From NCBI GenBank assembly GCA_002403205.1, contig DHHJ01000022.1:24105-88104 (forward strand): a stretch of DNA of 64,000 nucleotides, written 5' to 3'. Source of the stretch: Anaerolineaceae bacterium UBA4775 (GTDB taxonomy: Bacteria > Chloroflexota > Anaerolineae > Anaerolineales > Anaerolineaceae). A model generated the notes under the pieces. That model searched no databases. It was given only the letters and a program-made list of their open reading frames with translations, and was not told the DNA's origin. The position numbers and the translations under genes were made by a program. Shown here one piece after another: positions 30,946-40,756 of the stretch. Position 1 is the stretch's first letter; each line of letters starts with the position of its first letter.

Positions 30946-31506
30946 TTACCAGTGGCATTCTGTGCGTATGGTTCCTGCGGGGGTGATGCTCAGGATGCCA
31001 AATTGGGGATGGTACTGATTGTACTTGCACGGATATACCGCGCCGGGGTTGAAGAAGACCTGCCCGTTGACCCATTTGACGGTTTGATGATGGGTGTGGC
31101 CAAAGATGATCACATCAGCATCGGAATAGTCCTGGGCGAGGTGCTGATGATAGCGTTCAAAAAGATAGCCATCACGCAGGGTGAGGTATTTGTCGAGCAG
31201 GTAGTGCCCCATGGACCGGTGACCGTGGCAGAGGATGATCCGGATGCCGTACGCAGTGAGTTGCACATGCCGCGCAAAGCGCTTTCCCAGCAGCCAATCT
31301 CGATTGCCCTGGACGATGGTGACGGGGGCGATTTCCTCCAGGGTGCGGACTGGTTTGTCGGTGGCAGCATCGCCTGCGTGCAGAATGTGATCCACCTGGG
31401 CATCTGCCAGGCCACGCAGGACGGATGCCGGCAGGTGTTTTGCCCGATCCGGGATGAGGGTGTCTGAGATGACACCAAAGGTGAGTGGTTTGGCCTCACC
31501 TGGCAA
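30946..31506 (-). CDS. Metallophosphoesterase (YfcE-like); start uncertain
   Basis: HAGD, GNRD, HGH, FGHTH, NPG; first motif reads SDTL. Confidence 0.78.
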   Translation of the reverse strand: MPGEAKPLTFGVISDTLIPDRAKHLPASVLRGLADAQVDHILHAGDAATDKPVRTLEEIAPVTIVQGNRDWLLGKRFARHVQLTAYGIRIILCHGHRSMGHYLLDKYLTLRDGYLFERYHQHLAQDYSDADVIIFGHTHHQTVKWVNGQVFFNPGAVYPCKYNQYHPQFGILSITPAGTIRTECHW

Positions 31507-32731
31507 AGGAGAGCTCTTTTTCTCCGGGGCGGAAGTATACCCAGGTGAGAAATATGGTGATGGCATACAGCAAGCCGGTGGTGATGAAGATGGGTTCAAA
31601 CCCAAACCGGGTCTGGATAAAACCTGAGATGAAAATCCCGAAAGCCTGTCCCGTCTGCCAGCCTATTCCGCGCACACTGGCGATGGTGCCCCCTTCTTCA
31701 GGCTCGCTGACGAGCATGGCGTAATTATCCAGCAAGGGTGATGACATTTGCATCAAGACGGTTCTGAACAAGAGGCTGACCACTGCTACCCACAGGATGG
31801 GCGAGAACCCTAGCGAGAACAGGAAAAGCAGACTGGTCCCCTGGGTGGCGACGATCGGAATGATACGGCTGCGGGTGATCCTGACCAGCCAGGGTGAGAT
31901 CAGTGAACCGATAAACACCAGCAAGGATGACAGGCTAAAAATGACACCGAGCAGGTTGTCCCCGATGTTAAATTTTCCCCGCAGGAACACATTTAAATAC
32001 GGTATCAGCAATGAAGCGCCAAACCCCATAATGAGGTTTATGACCGCCAACCTGCGTACGATTTTGCGAGCCGAAAGTTTGCGGATGATTTGTTGCAATG
32101 GGATGCGGGGGCGTTCGCTTTCGGCTTTATCTTTCTTTTCTCTGATCAGAAAAACCGGGATAAGGCTGGTGACAGCCAGCAGAATGCCTGCTGTAATGAC
32201 CCACTGATAAGAGGACGCCGTGCCCTGGGTGATGCCCAGCCCGCGCTCGATCAGCTCGGGCGCCTGGCCGGCGACCAGATTGCCGATGGTCGTCGCAACG
32301 GTCAGCAAGCCAAAGTTCAGGCTGAAGATGGTGGCCTGGTTTTCCTGTTTGCTGACGGCCATGATGAAAGGTGGTTGTGAAACGCGGTAGAGCATGAAAC
32401 CCGCACCTTGAAGGAGGCCAAAGGCGAAGATCAGGGCGGGATTTGGCAGGCGGACCTGGAAAAACATGCCCAATAAACCAACACTGAGGCCGATCAGCAT
32501 GCTAGCGCGCCGGCCGACTCGATCTGAGAAGAGCCCTAAGGGCAACCCCAACACCAAGGCGGCCAACGGTGTGGCAGAGCGGATCAAGCCGAGGAGGTCA
32601 TTGTTCAGCCCCAAAGAGAGGATATAGAGGTTAAAAAACAGTTCCCACACGCTGAAGGAAAATCCATACAGCAGTGTAGAGAGGAGGAAGAGTTTGGTGT
32701 TGCGGTTGAATTGTTTAAACATGAAAGTCAA
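31496..32731 (-). CDS. MFS transporter
   Basis: 12 TM, motif A GLFSDRVGRR. Confidence 0.88.
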   Translation of the reverse strand: MTFMFKQFNRNTKLFLLSTLLYGFSFSVWELFFNLYILSLGLNNDLLGLIRSATPLAALVLGLPLGLFSDRVGRRASMLIGLSVGLLGMFFQVRLPNPALIFAFGLLQGAGFMLYRVSQPPFIMAVSKQENQATIFSLNFGLLTVATTIGNLVAGQAPELIERGLGITQGTASSYQWVITAGILLAVTSLIPVFLIREKKDKAESERPRIPLQQIIRKLSARKIVRRLAVINLIMGFGASLLIPYLNVFLRGKFNIGDNLLGVIFSLSSLLVFIGSLISPWLVRITRSRIIPIVATQGTSLLFLFSLGFSPILWVAVVSLLFRTVLMQMSSPLLDNYAMLVSEPEEGGTIASVRGIGWQTGQAFGIFISGFIQTRFGFEPIFITTGLLYAITIFLTWVYFRPGEKELSFAR

Positions 32732-32847
32732 TGAAACCTCGATAGAAGCACGGTGTTGATTTTACCATGAGCCAGGAGGACAGAAAAAAGTGACACCTTG
32801 GGTAAATCCCTTCGATGTCACTTCTTGAGCGAGTAAGAATAAAACTT

Positions 32848-33849
32848 TTACAGTGGCTTGCGGTAAGTGATAAAGGTCTTATCCTTTTTGTAGCCCAAAC
32901 TCTGGTAGAGTTTCAAGGCGCCGTTGGGGTTGTTGGTATCAACACCCAGGCCGACCTCAGTCATCCCCAGGGCTTTGTGCATGTGCATGGAACGCACAAT
33001 CAGGGCTTTGGCAATGCCGCACTGACGCCAGGGCTTACGGGTGGAGATGTTTTCAGTCCAGCCGCGCTGACGGCCATATTTTTCGTTGTAGTCGTGATTG
33101 ATGAAGTTCATCACGCTGGAAACAACCTCATTACCATCCCAGGCGACCTGCCATAAGTCTGGCTGGAAGTATTTCGAACTGGCATAAGCCGTGTAGTGTT
33201 CCTCTTTTGGCTCTGCGTAGCCCCAGTGATCGCGGAAAGCCTCATTGGAAGCTTCCCAGATCTTTCGCTCTTCACCAGGCTTTACCGGACGGGCATCAAT
33301 CCCATCGGGCAAATCGGCGGCGGGGATATCGTCAAGCGGCCGGGACATCTCGATGAAATAGCGCTCAGGCTGATAGCCAAGTGATTCCAAAGTGGCATTG
33401 AAGTGCGTTTTGAATTCATTGCTGTAGGTCTGCAAGAAGCGCTGGCTGTCTTGCGGATGAGTTTCAGCGATAGTTCGCAGGCGGTCCTCGCACCACTGGA
33501 TGATGGCGCTTTCAATGCCCTGATCGCGCCATGCTGGGTGGATGTTCACAAAATGCCCATAGATGCGGTCATCGGGATGTTCTTCCTGCCAGCTTTCCAC
33601 CCGGGCATACGCGATGGTGTCCTCATCAATCTCTGCGAAGATCATGTCCTGATAGGGGTCGCTATTGGTCAGATACTCATAATCATGTTTGAGGTCTTCC
33701 AAGGTCTGACCGGATTGCTCCTGGTCTGCGTGGGAAGCCGCCTCGATAATCGCCAGCATGGCTGGGAAATCTGCATCACCTGCAAATTTTCTGAAACTCA
33801 AGCCGGTGATATCGGGAGGTGATGGGAGCATGATGCGTGTCTTCTGCAT
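32848..33849 (-). CDS. Tandem-domain GNAT acetyltransferase
   Basis: HPAWRDQGI; AFRDHWG; KPWRQCGIA; NGALKLYQSLGY. Confidence 0.85.
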   Translation of the reverse strand: MQKTRIMLPSPPDITGLSFRKFAGDADFPAMLAIIEAASHADQEQSGQTLEDLKHDYEYLTNSDPYQDMIFAEIDEDTIAYARVESWQEEHPDDRIYGHFVNIHPAWRDQGIESAIIQWCEDRLRTIAETHPQDSQRFLQTYSNEFKTHFNATLESLGYQPERYFIEMSRPLDDIPAADLPDGIDARPVKPGEERKIWEASNEAFRDHWGYAEPKEEHYTAYASSKYFQPDLWQVAWDGNEVVSSVMNFINHDYNEKYGRQRGWTENISTRKPWRQCGIAKALIVRSMHMHKALGMTEVGLGVDTNNPNGALKLYQSLGYKKDKTFITYRKPL

Positions 33850-33895
33850 GGTTATTTCTCCTTAATATTAATTTTTTCTTTCGTCAGGTTAACAA

Positions 33896-34036
33896 CTGCA
33901 TGGGCGGGCGATGGACGCCCCCCACAGGCGAGGGTGTGGGGTTCATCTGGGTTGGTGCAAACCTCACATTGTTCTCGGGAACAATACCAACCCGGACGGT
34001 CAACCCACCCCTGTTCTGCTTCGCCCTCCCATGCAG
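33896..34036. repeat. 141-nt element bounded by 16-bp inverted repeats with internal hairpins
   Basis: CTGCATGGGCGGGCGA ... TCGCCCTCCCATGCAG (15/16). Confidence 0.55.
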
Positions 34037-34059
34037 GCCATACTACAAAAATCATCATC

Positions 34060-35340
34060 TTATCCATTTTCCTGGTTCGTTGAATGGCCATTGGCCTGAG
34101 CTGCACGTTCCAGGTCACGTGCGCTCAATTTAAATTTCAGCCAGGCCGGGACCACTGTAAGCAGTGCGAAAACTGCAGTGATGTAAAATGGCGCCTGCGG
34201 GTTGATGGTCTTCCACAGGAAGGACCCGATGGCTGGCGCAGGCAGTGAAAAGATGCCAAGGCTGGCGTGGATCAACCCAAAGCCGGTGCCGAGTAAACGC
34301 TCGGGCAACACTTTGCTGAGCAGCGATTGGTAGGCTGGCGAGAGCAAGCCTACGCCGATCCCAAAGATCACCCACGAGCCGGCAAAACCAATGAAGGTGT
34401 CCACGTTGATGAACAACAGCAGCGCGATGAACTCCAGGAAAAAACCGCCCGCAATGGCAATCCGTTCACCGAATTTATCTGATAACCACCCCGCAGGGAT
34501 GGTGGTGACCATCATGGCGATACCGAAAAACGAGTTCAACCAGCCGATCTGCTGTAAGCTCAAGCCTCCGATATCCTCAAGGTAGACCGGCATCAGGCGG
34601 AAGGACAACGAAAAGGCGATATCCCGCACGCCATCGGTGACCAGCAGCCAGGACAGCACGCCGCCAGCGACTGCAAGCCCAAGAATGGTTTTGAAGTTCA
34701 GCTTCAGGGTCTGCAATGAAAGCTTTTCCCGAGCGGTTTCAGCCCGACGTTTGCCAGCGACTTTAGCCAAAATGACCCGAATAACGGTCGCACAGATGTA
34801 AATTCCGGCCGCGACGGTCAGCATCCTGCGAAAGCCGTAGGTGTCTGCCAGCCAGCCGGCCAGGGGCGGCCCGATCACGGTCACAACCGTGTAGATCGTA
34901 TCGGTAATCCCGTACACCTTGCCACGATGTTCTTCGGTGGTCTCTTCAGCGATGAAGGCGCCGAAACTGGGCCCGATCAATGAACGTGTTACAGCATTCA
35001 GCCCTTCGGTCAGGTAGAGCCACTGCCACGTGGGGACAAAAATCGGGCTGATGAAGGCGCCCAGGCCAATCAAACTGCCCAGGGCGACGCTTCTCAAACG
35101 GCCGATGGTATCGGAGATCCACCCGCCCAGCACCTGCAGTATCAGGGGGACGATTTGCGACACGGTGAAGAAAATCCCGATTTGCATCACGTCAGCGCCG
35201 AGGTACCTCATGTAAAGGGGCAGCATGGTCATATACATCTCTGAGGCAATGTTGGCAAAGACCATCGCCACCATAAAGACAATCAGCGTGTTGGAAAGGA
35301 TGCGTTGATGTGTTGATTTAGATGTCTGTGTTAGTTCCAT
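34060..35340 (-). CDS. MFS transporter
   Basis: GWISDTIGR and GWLSDKFGER motif A copies. Confidence 0.9.
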   Translation of the reverse strand: MELTQTSKSTHQRILSNTLIVFMVAMVFANIASEMYMTMLPLYMRYLGADVMQIGIFFTVSQIVPLILQVLGGWISDTIGRLRSVALGSLIGLGAFISPIFVPTWQWLYLTEGLNAVTRSLIGPSFGAFIAEETTEEHRGKVYGITDTIYTVVTVIGPPLAGWLADTYGFRRMLTVAAGIYICATVIRVILAKVAGKRRAETAREKLSLQTLKLNFKTILGLAVAGGVLSWLLVTDGVRDIAFSLSFRLMPVYLEDIGGLSLQQIGWLNSFFGIAMMVTTIPAGWLSDKFGERIAIAGGFFLEFIALLLFINVDTFIGFAGSWVIFGIGVGLLSPAYQSLLSKVLPERLLGTGFGLIHASLGIFSLPAPAIGSFLWKTINPQAPFYITAVFALLTVVPAWLKFKLSARDLERAAQANGHSTNQENG

Positions 35341-35396
35341 AGTGATGTTCTAATCTTTCTTGTTATGTTCTGATAATTTGGCCCGGCTGCGTGCGT

Positions 35397-36395
35397 TCAA
35401 TCGGTTGTCAGGTTGTTGCCTGGCCTCAGTTCCATTTCGTAGGAGTTATATTGTTTTGTCACGTGCATGCCGGCTTTTTCATACAGCCGGGTGGCGTTGG
35501 TCAGGCTGGCGGCATCCACTGCCAGACCAGCCCGCTGTGCCCCGCGGCGGTAAAAGTCATTAAAAGCCATCAGCAGCAGCGCCATCCCCAGTCCTTGACG
35601 CCGCCAGGGTTTGCGCACACATAACTGATTAACCCAGCCCATGTCCGGATCTTCGACGGTCTTGGCTGAACTTCGGCACACACCAGCAATTTGGTCGCCA
35701 GATTTTGCCAGCAGCCATAGCGAGGGGTCGAAATCCGGGTCATTCTTGATGTAATGCTGGTATTGGGCATAAACTTCATCAAAAGGCCGGTCCACGTGAC
35801 CCCAGTGATCTTTGAAGCCGTCTTCAAGGGCCAGGATTGTGTCTCTGAGTTCTGAGTCCGGGTCCATGGGTTCAATCCGCATACCATCAGGGAGATTGGG
35901 CGCTGCACAGGGGTGTGTGAGGTCAATCTCCATGCGGAAGAAGTGCCTGACCAGCTGGAATCCGTAGGCTTCCAGCGCCTTTTTGCGCCGAATGTCCTGG
36001 TTGGGTAAACCCTGGGACATGACCACCCGGGTTTCCGGCGGTGCCAGGCTGATCCGGCTCCGTGCGCAGGCTTCTGCCCAGGCGAGCATGTCGTGGTAAT
36101 GGGCATCGTCCCAATGTTCAGGATGCATCACACCCCATACGTACTTCACGACATGCGGCTGGGTCGTATCCCAAACTTCGATATAACCGACGATGTTGCC
36201 CTGGTCATCCTCAAGCACGCGGATCACCTCTTCGGGGTTGAGTCCAGGTGAGGTCCAGTCGATCATCATCTGGGTGAGGTCCGCATCGTCCCAGCCGAAG
36301 AGCGCCTGGGAACAGGCATTGAACAGGTTCACCACGGCTGGTGCGTCTGCCAGGGTAAACGGGCGGAATTTTAAGGCTGCGGTTGTCGTTTTCAT
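35397..36395 (-). CDS. Tandem-domain GNAT acetyltransferase (paralog of 32848-33849)
   Basis: GFKDHWG, KPWRRQGLG, NATRLYEKAGM. Confidence 0.85.
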   Translation of the reverse strand: MKTTTAALKFRPFTLADAPAVVNLFNACSQALFGWDDADLTQMMIDWTSPGLNPEEVIRVLEDDQGNIVGYIEVWDTTQPHVVKYVWGVMHPEHWDDAHYHDMLAWAEACARSRISLAPPETRVVMSQGLPNQDIRRKKALEAYGFQLVRHFFRMEIDLTHPCAAPNLPDGMRIEPMDPDSELRDTILALEDGFKDHWGHVDRPFDEVYAQYQHYIKNDPDFDPSLWLLAKSGDQIAGVCRSSAKTVEDPDMGWVNQLCVRKPWRRQGLGMALLLMAFNDFYRRGAQRAGLAVDAASLTNATRLYEKAGMHVTKQYNSYEMELRPGNNLTTD

Positions 36396-36428
36396 TTCTT
36401 CTCCAAAAATTGCACTACTGATCTGGTC

Positions 36429-36462
36429 AAAAAACCACGGGTTGGTGAGGTCCCGTGGCTTT
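36429..36462 (-). terminator. Leader terminator T2
   Basis: CCACGGG-10-CCCGTGG-TTTTTT on minus strand. Confidence 0.7.
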
Positions 36463-36502
36463 CAGAGGTTTTCTGGCTCTTTGTTGGCGTATGTTCTGTT
36501 TG

Positions 36503-36541
36503 AAAACAAAAAAGCCACGGGCTTGGAGTTTGCCCGTGGCT
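36503..36541 (-). terminator. Leader terminator T1
   Basis: AGCCACGGGC-9-GCCCGTGGCT-TTTTTGTTTT on minus strand. Confidence 0.75.
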
Positions 36542-36565
36542 AAAATGCCGTAAATTTAGGCTTGC

Positions 36566-36664
36566 CTAAATATGAAGGGGCGCACTCCGCGACAGTTGTT
36601 CGAATCCAACACCTTCGTTGGAAAGAAACCGACGCATGTGGGCAATGAAGTATACTGTATTCAC
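36566..36664 (-). CDS. Putative 32-aa leader peptide MNTVYFIAHMRRFLSNEGVGFEQLSRSAPLHI
   Basis: GTG start 7 nt after AAGAAAGGAAG; lies between promoter and tandem terminators. Confidence 0.55.
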   Translation of the reverse strand: MNTVYFIAHMRRFLSNEGVGFEQLSRSAPLHI

Positions 36665-36738
36665 TTGAGTGCTTCCTTTCTTATTATTTTCTATCCATAC
36701 ATAGTGCCGCCATTGGCGGCATCGCATTTAACAAAGCG

Positions 36739-36768
36739 AGTGTATCATATTTTTCGACTGATTGTCAA
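36739..36768 (-). promoter_or_regulatory. Sigma70 promoter
   Basis: TTGACA-18-TACACT with TG extension. Confidence 0.7.
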
Positions 36769-36981
36769 GCGGTTTTTGAAAATTGCTGCACATTAACCTG
36801 TTTTTGTGCATTTTCCAAATTCAATGATGAGTTTTATTGACCACAAATGGCAAATTAATGTAGGTGGTAGCCCACAAGCTGTAATTACCTTATGCTGTAA
36901 TGGGGGACCTGGCAGCAGGCCTGTACCACAGGAATCCAACTTTTCCTTTTGATGGGATTCAACGCATGTTTTGGATTGATG

Positions 36982-37944
36982 TCAATTTTTCTTGAGAAAT
37001 CCCAGGTACAGCACGACCACCAACCCCAAACCGCTGACGATGACCAGCCCCAAACCGACATTCCGGCTGTCGCTCAGGGCACGGTGGAGGGCAGTGGGCG
37101 GCAATGTGGGTGTGGCGGTGGGCCAGGGCGTGCGAGTGGGGAAGGGCGTCATGGTTGGGCGCGGCTGGGTGGATGTGGGCGTTCTGGGGAGTGGCGTGTT
37201 GGTGGGGGTCGGGGTGGCTGTGGGGTCAGAGGCGGGTCGGATGATCAGCTCCTGACCGACAAACAGCTGGGTCGTCCCCTGGCTCAGCCCGGAATGGGTC
37301 AGAATTTGGTCGATGGGGACCTCATAGGCTTCTGAGATCGTCCAAAGCGTTTCGCCGTATTGAACGGTGTGAATGATGGCGCCATCTTCACCCGGTGTGG
37401 CTGTGACGATTTGCGAAATAGTGATGGGCTGCTCCTGCGCAATTAGGACTGCATTCTCACCCGGATTGCCCGCCGCTACAGGCTGGCTGGGTACGCTTTC
37501 TCCCGGGAGCACGTTGAGGGTGTAATAGACAATGCCGTTTGCCACGGCAACGCCGGCACCGACCTTGCCGGTTGCATATGCCGTCATCGTTTGGTAGTGG
37601 ACCCAATCGGACCAGATGGTGTAGACACAGTGCTGAACGGTCATGTTGGTGCCCATGGCGACATTCTCTTTGATCCCATAGTCAAAGGCCGTGGTGCCAT
37701 CCGCCCGTGTGTGAGTCCACCTGCCCAGGGAGGCCATGTAATCGCTGTGACTTTGGGCAAACCCCATCAAATAACTGTCAACGGTATACGGTTCCAGCCC
37801 CAGGCTCTGGCGCAAGGCGTTGACGGTGTTGATCAACTCAACCGGTGAGCCGCCCTGGGCTGAGACAGGCTGAACATAGATAACCGTGGACAGGAACAGC
37901 GCGAGGGCAATCATGGCGATGGGCCGTGTGCTGTGTCGCATCAT
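36982..37944 (-). CDS. Secreted CAP + LysM protein with PT linker and C-terminal anchor
   Basis: Signal peptide; VNALR..AQSHS..ENVA; HTVQYGETLWTIS. Confidence 0.8.
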   Translation of the reverse strand: MMRHSTRPIAMIALALFLSTVIYVQPVSAQGGSPVELINTVNALRQSLGLEPYTVDSYLMGFAQSHSDYMASLGRWTHTRADGTTAFDYGIKENVAMGTNMTVQHCVYTIWSDWVHYQTMTAYATGKVGAGVAVANGIVYYTLNVLPGESVPSQPVAAGNPGENAVLIAQEQPITISQIVTATPGEDGAIIHTVQYGETLWTISEAYEVPIDQILTHSGLSQGTTQLFVGQELIIRPASDPTATPTPTNTPLPRTPTSTQPRPTMTPFPTRTPWPTATPTLPPTALHRALSDSRNVGLGLVIVSGLGLVVVLYLGFLKKN

Positions 37945-38096
37945 GGCGTTATTATAGCTTGTTTGCATAAATAAGGTTGTTTTCGTTCATTTAGGGAGGG
38001 ACTCGCCGTGACCAGCTTCGTATAGACCTGTATTTTGGCCAATCAGAGCCTGGTGGAAGCACTGGGGTTACGGTGCAGGGATCCAAACGGGTTGGT

Positions 38097-39068
38097 CTAT
38101 TCGCAGGGTTCAACTCCGTGAATTTGCTGGTAAATCCTGATAAACCCGTTGGTCGAGATGATGGAGGCGAACGCGATCGTGCCCAGCTTGCCGCCGGCGC
38201 CCCCCAACAGCGGGGTGGTGAAGATGAACAGGATCTCCGTGAACAAGCCGGCCACCAGGATGTGCCAGAATCGATGGCAGCGTTGTGTGCTGGACATGCC
38301 GGTGAAACTGGCGCAAATGGCGACGACGGCCAGGGTGTTTCCAATTTGGGGGAACAAGGCCGGCAGGGTCAACCCGCCGAAAAGTCCCACCACACCGGAG
38401 GCAAGGACTGGCCCGTTGCCCCGGTTGTGGCTGAGGTAAAAGGTCAGTGGTGCTGCGATGAATGCGATTGCCAGCACCCACAGGTTAGTATATAGATCTG
38501 CGATGGGTACGACCAGGAATTCCCTACCCAATCCAAAACCAGCGATGGCCCCGCCGATGAAGGCGATTGTGCCCAATTTGCCGCCGAAGCCGCCGTACAC
38601 ATCCCTGGCGAGCACATACACCAGGCCGGCGATAGCGCTGGCCAGGGCGACCTCGCTGAAATTGAAGAACAGGGCATTGGAGGACATCCCAACGAAGGAT
38701 CCGCAATAGGCAGGAACGCCGTAGTCGGGGATGATCATATCCGCAATGATTGCCACCAGGCTGGAAGCGATCACTGCTCCTAAGCCCATCTCAATCGAAA
38801 GATAAAATGTAAAGATCCCGCCGATGAAGACAGCGGAACATTCAAGTGCTTTAGTTAAGAATTCTGCCGGATTAGAATCGTTTTGCAGGAGATCTTTACC
38901 CTCAAGGTAGATATCCACCATGGTGCCGACGGTGATGATCACTGCCACAATCCCGGCTGCCGGATGGGCCAGCCAGGCTTCATTGGCTGCCGAGAGCAGC
39001 AAGGCCATGACCATAACGGTTAGTAGCAGAAATCCTGTGACGGGTATCGGTTTTATGTGGGTTCTCAT
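38097..39068 (-). CDS. Polytopic membrane protein with two-fold internal repeat, unknown function
   Basis: YCGSFVGMSS/ICASFTGMSS and GGKLGTIAF twice. Confidence 0.7.
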   Translation of the reverse strand: MRTHIKPIPVTGFLLLTVMVMALLLSAANEAWLAHPAAGIVAVIITVGTMVDIYLEGKDLLQNDSNPAEFLTKALECSAVFIGGIFTFYLSIEMGLGAVIASSLVAIIADMIIPDYGVPAYCGSFVGMSSNALFFNFSEVALASAIAGLVYVLARDVYGGFGGKLGTIAFIGGAIAGFGLGREFLVVPIADLYTNLWVLAIAFIAAPLTFYLSHNRGNGPVLASGVVGLFGGLTLPALFPQIGNTLAVVAICASFTGMSSTQRCHRFWHILVAGLFTEILFIFTTPLLGGAGGKLGTIAFASIISTNGFIRIYQQIHGVEPCE

Positions 39069-39407
39069 AAGCTGCTGTTATCCAACGGTTAATCGATGAT
39101 CTTCACACAAGTTGGCAAGGTGTGAAGGTAATTTCTGACGGGATTACCCCATGCACCATTGGCGGTGTTAGCCAGGTGACAGGCCAGCCACTGCGAGTGT
39201 GATCCTGTTTAGCACAGTTGTGTGGTTGGGCTTAGACGTGCTGTGTTCTTCCCGATGATTTGCCTGCCCCATTATATCGCATCATAGCAGGCCACCCCAG
39301 GTTGTGTGGACAAATGACTCGGTTGATCCTGCGCGGGAAGTCACCAATGATCGGATAATGTTAAGGTAAAATCAGACCAGATAAATGACAACGGAGGATA
39401 CCCCCAG

Positions 39408-40682
39408 ATGCTTGATATGAAGTTGTTTCGAGAAGATCCCGATCTTGTGCGCACAGCGCTTGAGAAACGCCATATGGACCCCACTCCTGTCGACGCGATC
39501 CTCGCTTTGGACGAGCAGCGCCGCCTGCTCATCCAGGATGTTGAAGAAATGCGCGCGGAACGAAATGTGGTCTCCAAGCAAATTGGGCAGATGAAGGATA
39601 AAGACGAACGGCAGGCGAAAATCGAGGCCATGCGTGCCCTCGGAGAGCAAATCGACACCGTTGATACGCAGCTCAAACAGGTTGAAGCCGATCTCGAAGC
39701 GCTGGTGTCAGAAATTCCCAATATCCCCGATCCGGAAGTCCCAGTGGGTGTGGATGATAGCGACAATGTGGTCATCCGCCAAGTAGGTGATTTGCTCGAT
39801 TTTGATTTTGAACCCAAACCGCACTGGGACTTAGGCCCTGAATTGGGCATCATTGACTTTGACCGTGGGGTTAAGCTGGCAGGGTCCCGGTTTTATGTGC
39901 TCAGCGGCGCCGGGGCGCGCTTGCAGCGTGCGTTGATCTTCTGGATGGTCGACCTGCACATCCGCCAGGGGTACCTGGAAAAATATCCGCCCTTCATGGT
40001 CCGAGGTGAGATCCTGTATGGCGCCGGGCAGTTACCCAAGTTCAAGAACAACCTCTACAAGGATCACGAAGAGGACCTGTGGATGGTGCCGACGGCTGAA
40101 GTGCCGCTTACAGGCCTCCATATGGGTGAGATCCTGGATGAAGACCTGCTGCCCCTGCGCTATACCGCCTACACCGCCTGCTTCCGGCGTGAAAAGATGA
40201 GCGCTGGGCGGGATGTGCGCGGCATTAAGCGCGGCCACCAATTCGACAAGGTGGAGATGTACACCTATTGCAAACCGGAGAACTCACCAGCAGAGCATGC
40301 GCGCATGCTGAAGGACGCTGAAGAGACGGTGGCGCAATTGGGTTTACCCTACCGGGTGTTGCTGCAATCCACAGGTGACCTGGGGTTCGGTTCGCATAAG
40401 ACCTACGACATTGAAGTCTGGGCACCGGGCTGCGGTGAATGGCTGGAAATTTCTTCGATCTCAAATGTGGGCGAGTTCCAGGCACGCCGCTCAGGGGTGC
40501 GCTACCGGCCAGTGGACGGAAAAGGCACGGAGTTCGTGCACACCCTGAATGGCTCAGGTTTGGGGATGCCCCGCACGCTGATCGCTGTGCTGGAAAACTA
40601 CCAGCAAAAGGATGGCTCCGTGCTGATCCCCGAGGTGCTGCAGCCGTTGATGGGCGGTGAGACGGTCATTCGTCCTGCATGA
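39408..40682 (+). CDS. serS: Seryl-tRNA synthetase
   Basis: PTAEVP, CFRRE, HQFDKVE, HTLNGSG. Confidence 0.98.
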   Translation: MLDMKLFREDPDLVRTALEKRHMDPTPVDAILALDEQRRLLIQDVEEMRAERNVVSKQIGQMKDKDERQAKIEAMRALGEQIDTVDTQLKQVEADLEALVSEIPNIPDPEVPVGVDDSDNVVIRQVGDLLDFDFEPKPHWDLGPELGIIDFDRGVKLAGSRFYVLSGAGARLQRALIFWMVDLHIRQGYLEKYPPFMVRGEILYGAGQLPKFKNNLYKDHEEDLWMVPTAEVPLTGLHMGEILDEDLLPLRYTAYTACFRREKMSAGRDVRGIKRGHQFDKVEMYTYCKPENSPAEHARMLKDAEETVAQLGLPYRVLLQSTGDLGFGSHKTYDIEVWAPGCGEWLEISSISNVGEFQARRSGVRYRPVDGKGTEFVHTLNGSGLGMPRTLIAVLENYQQKDGSVLIPEVLQPLMGGETVIRPA

Positions 40683-40706
40683 AAGGCTCATTACCAGGTA
40701 AAACAC

Positions 40707-40734
40707 AAAAGGACGGCGCATCGCCGTCCTTTTT
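40707..40734. terminator. Bidirectional terminator
   Basis: AAAA-GGACGGCG-3-CGCCGTCC-TTTTT between convergent genes. Confidence 0.85.
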
Positions 40735-40756
40735 AGTGTTTGAAAATATTGTTGGT

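Noticed and set aside
33852-34118. 88-aa minus-strand ORF between MFS and GNAT
   Set aside because: Overlaps the MFS end, has no recognisable motif, and is better explained by the structured element
37080-37230. GGGT-rich tandem-like repeats
   Set aside because: Encode a Pro/Thr linker; not CRISPR or VNTR
39280-39407. T-box riboswitch before serS
   Set aside because: No T-box consensus or terminator; leader too short
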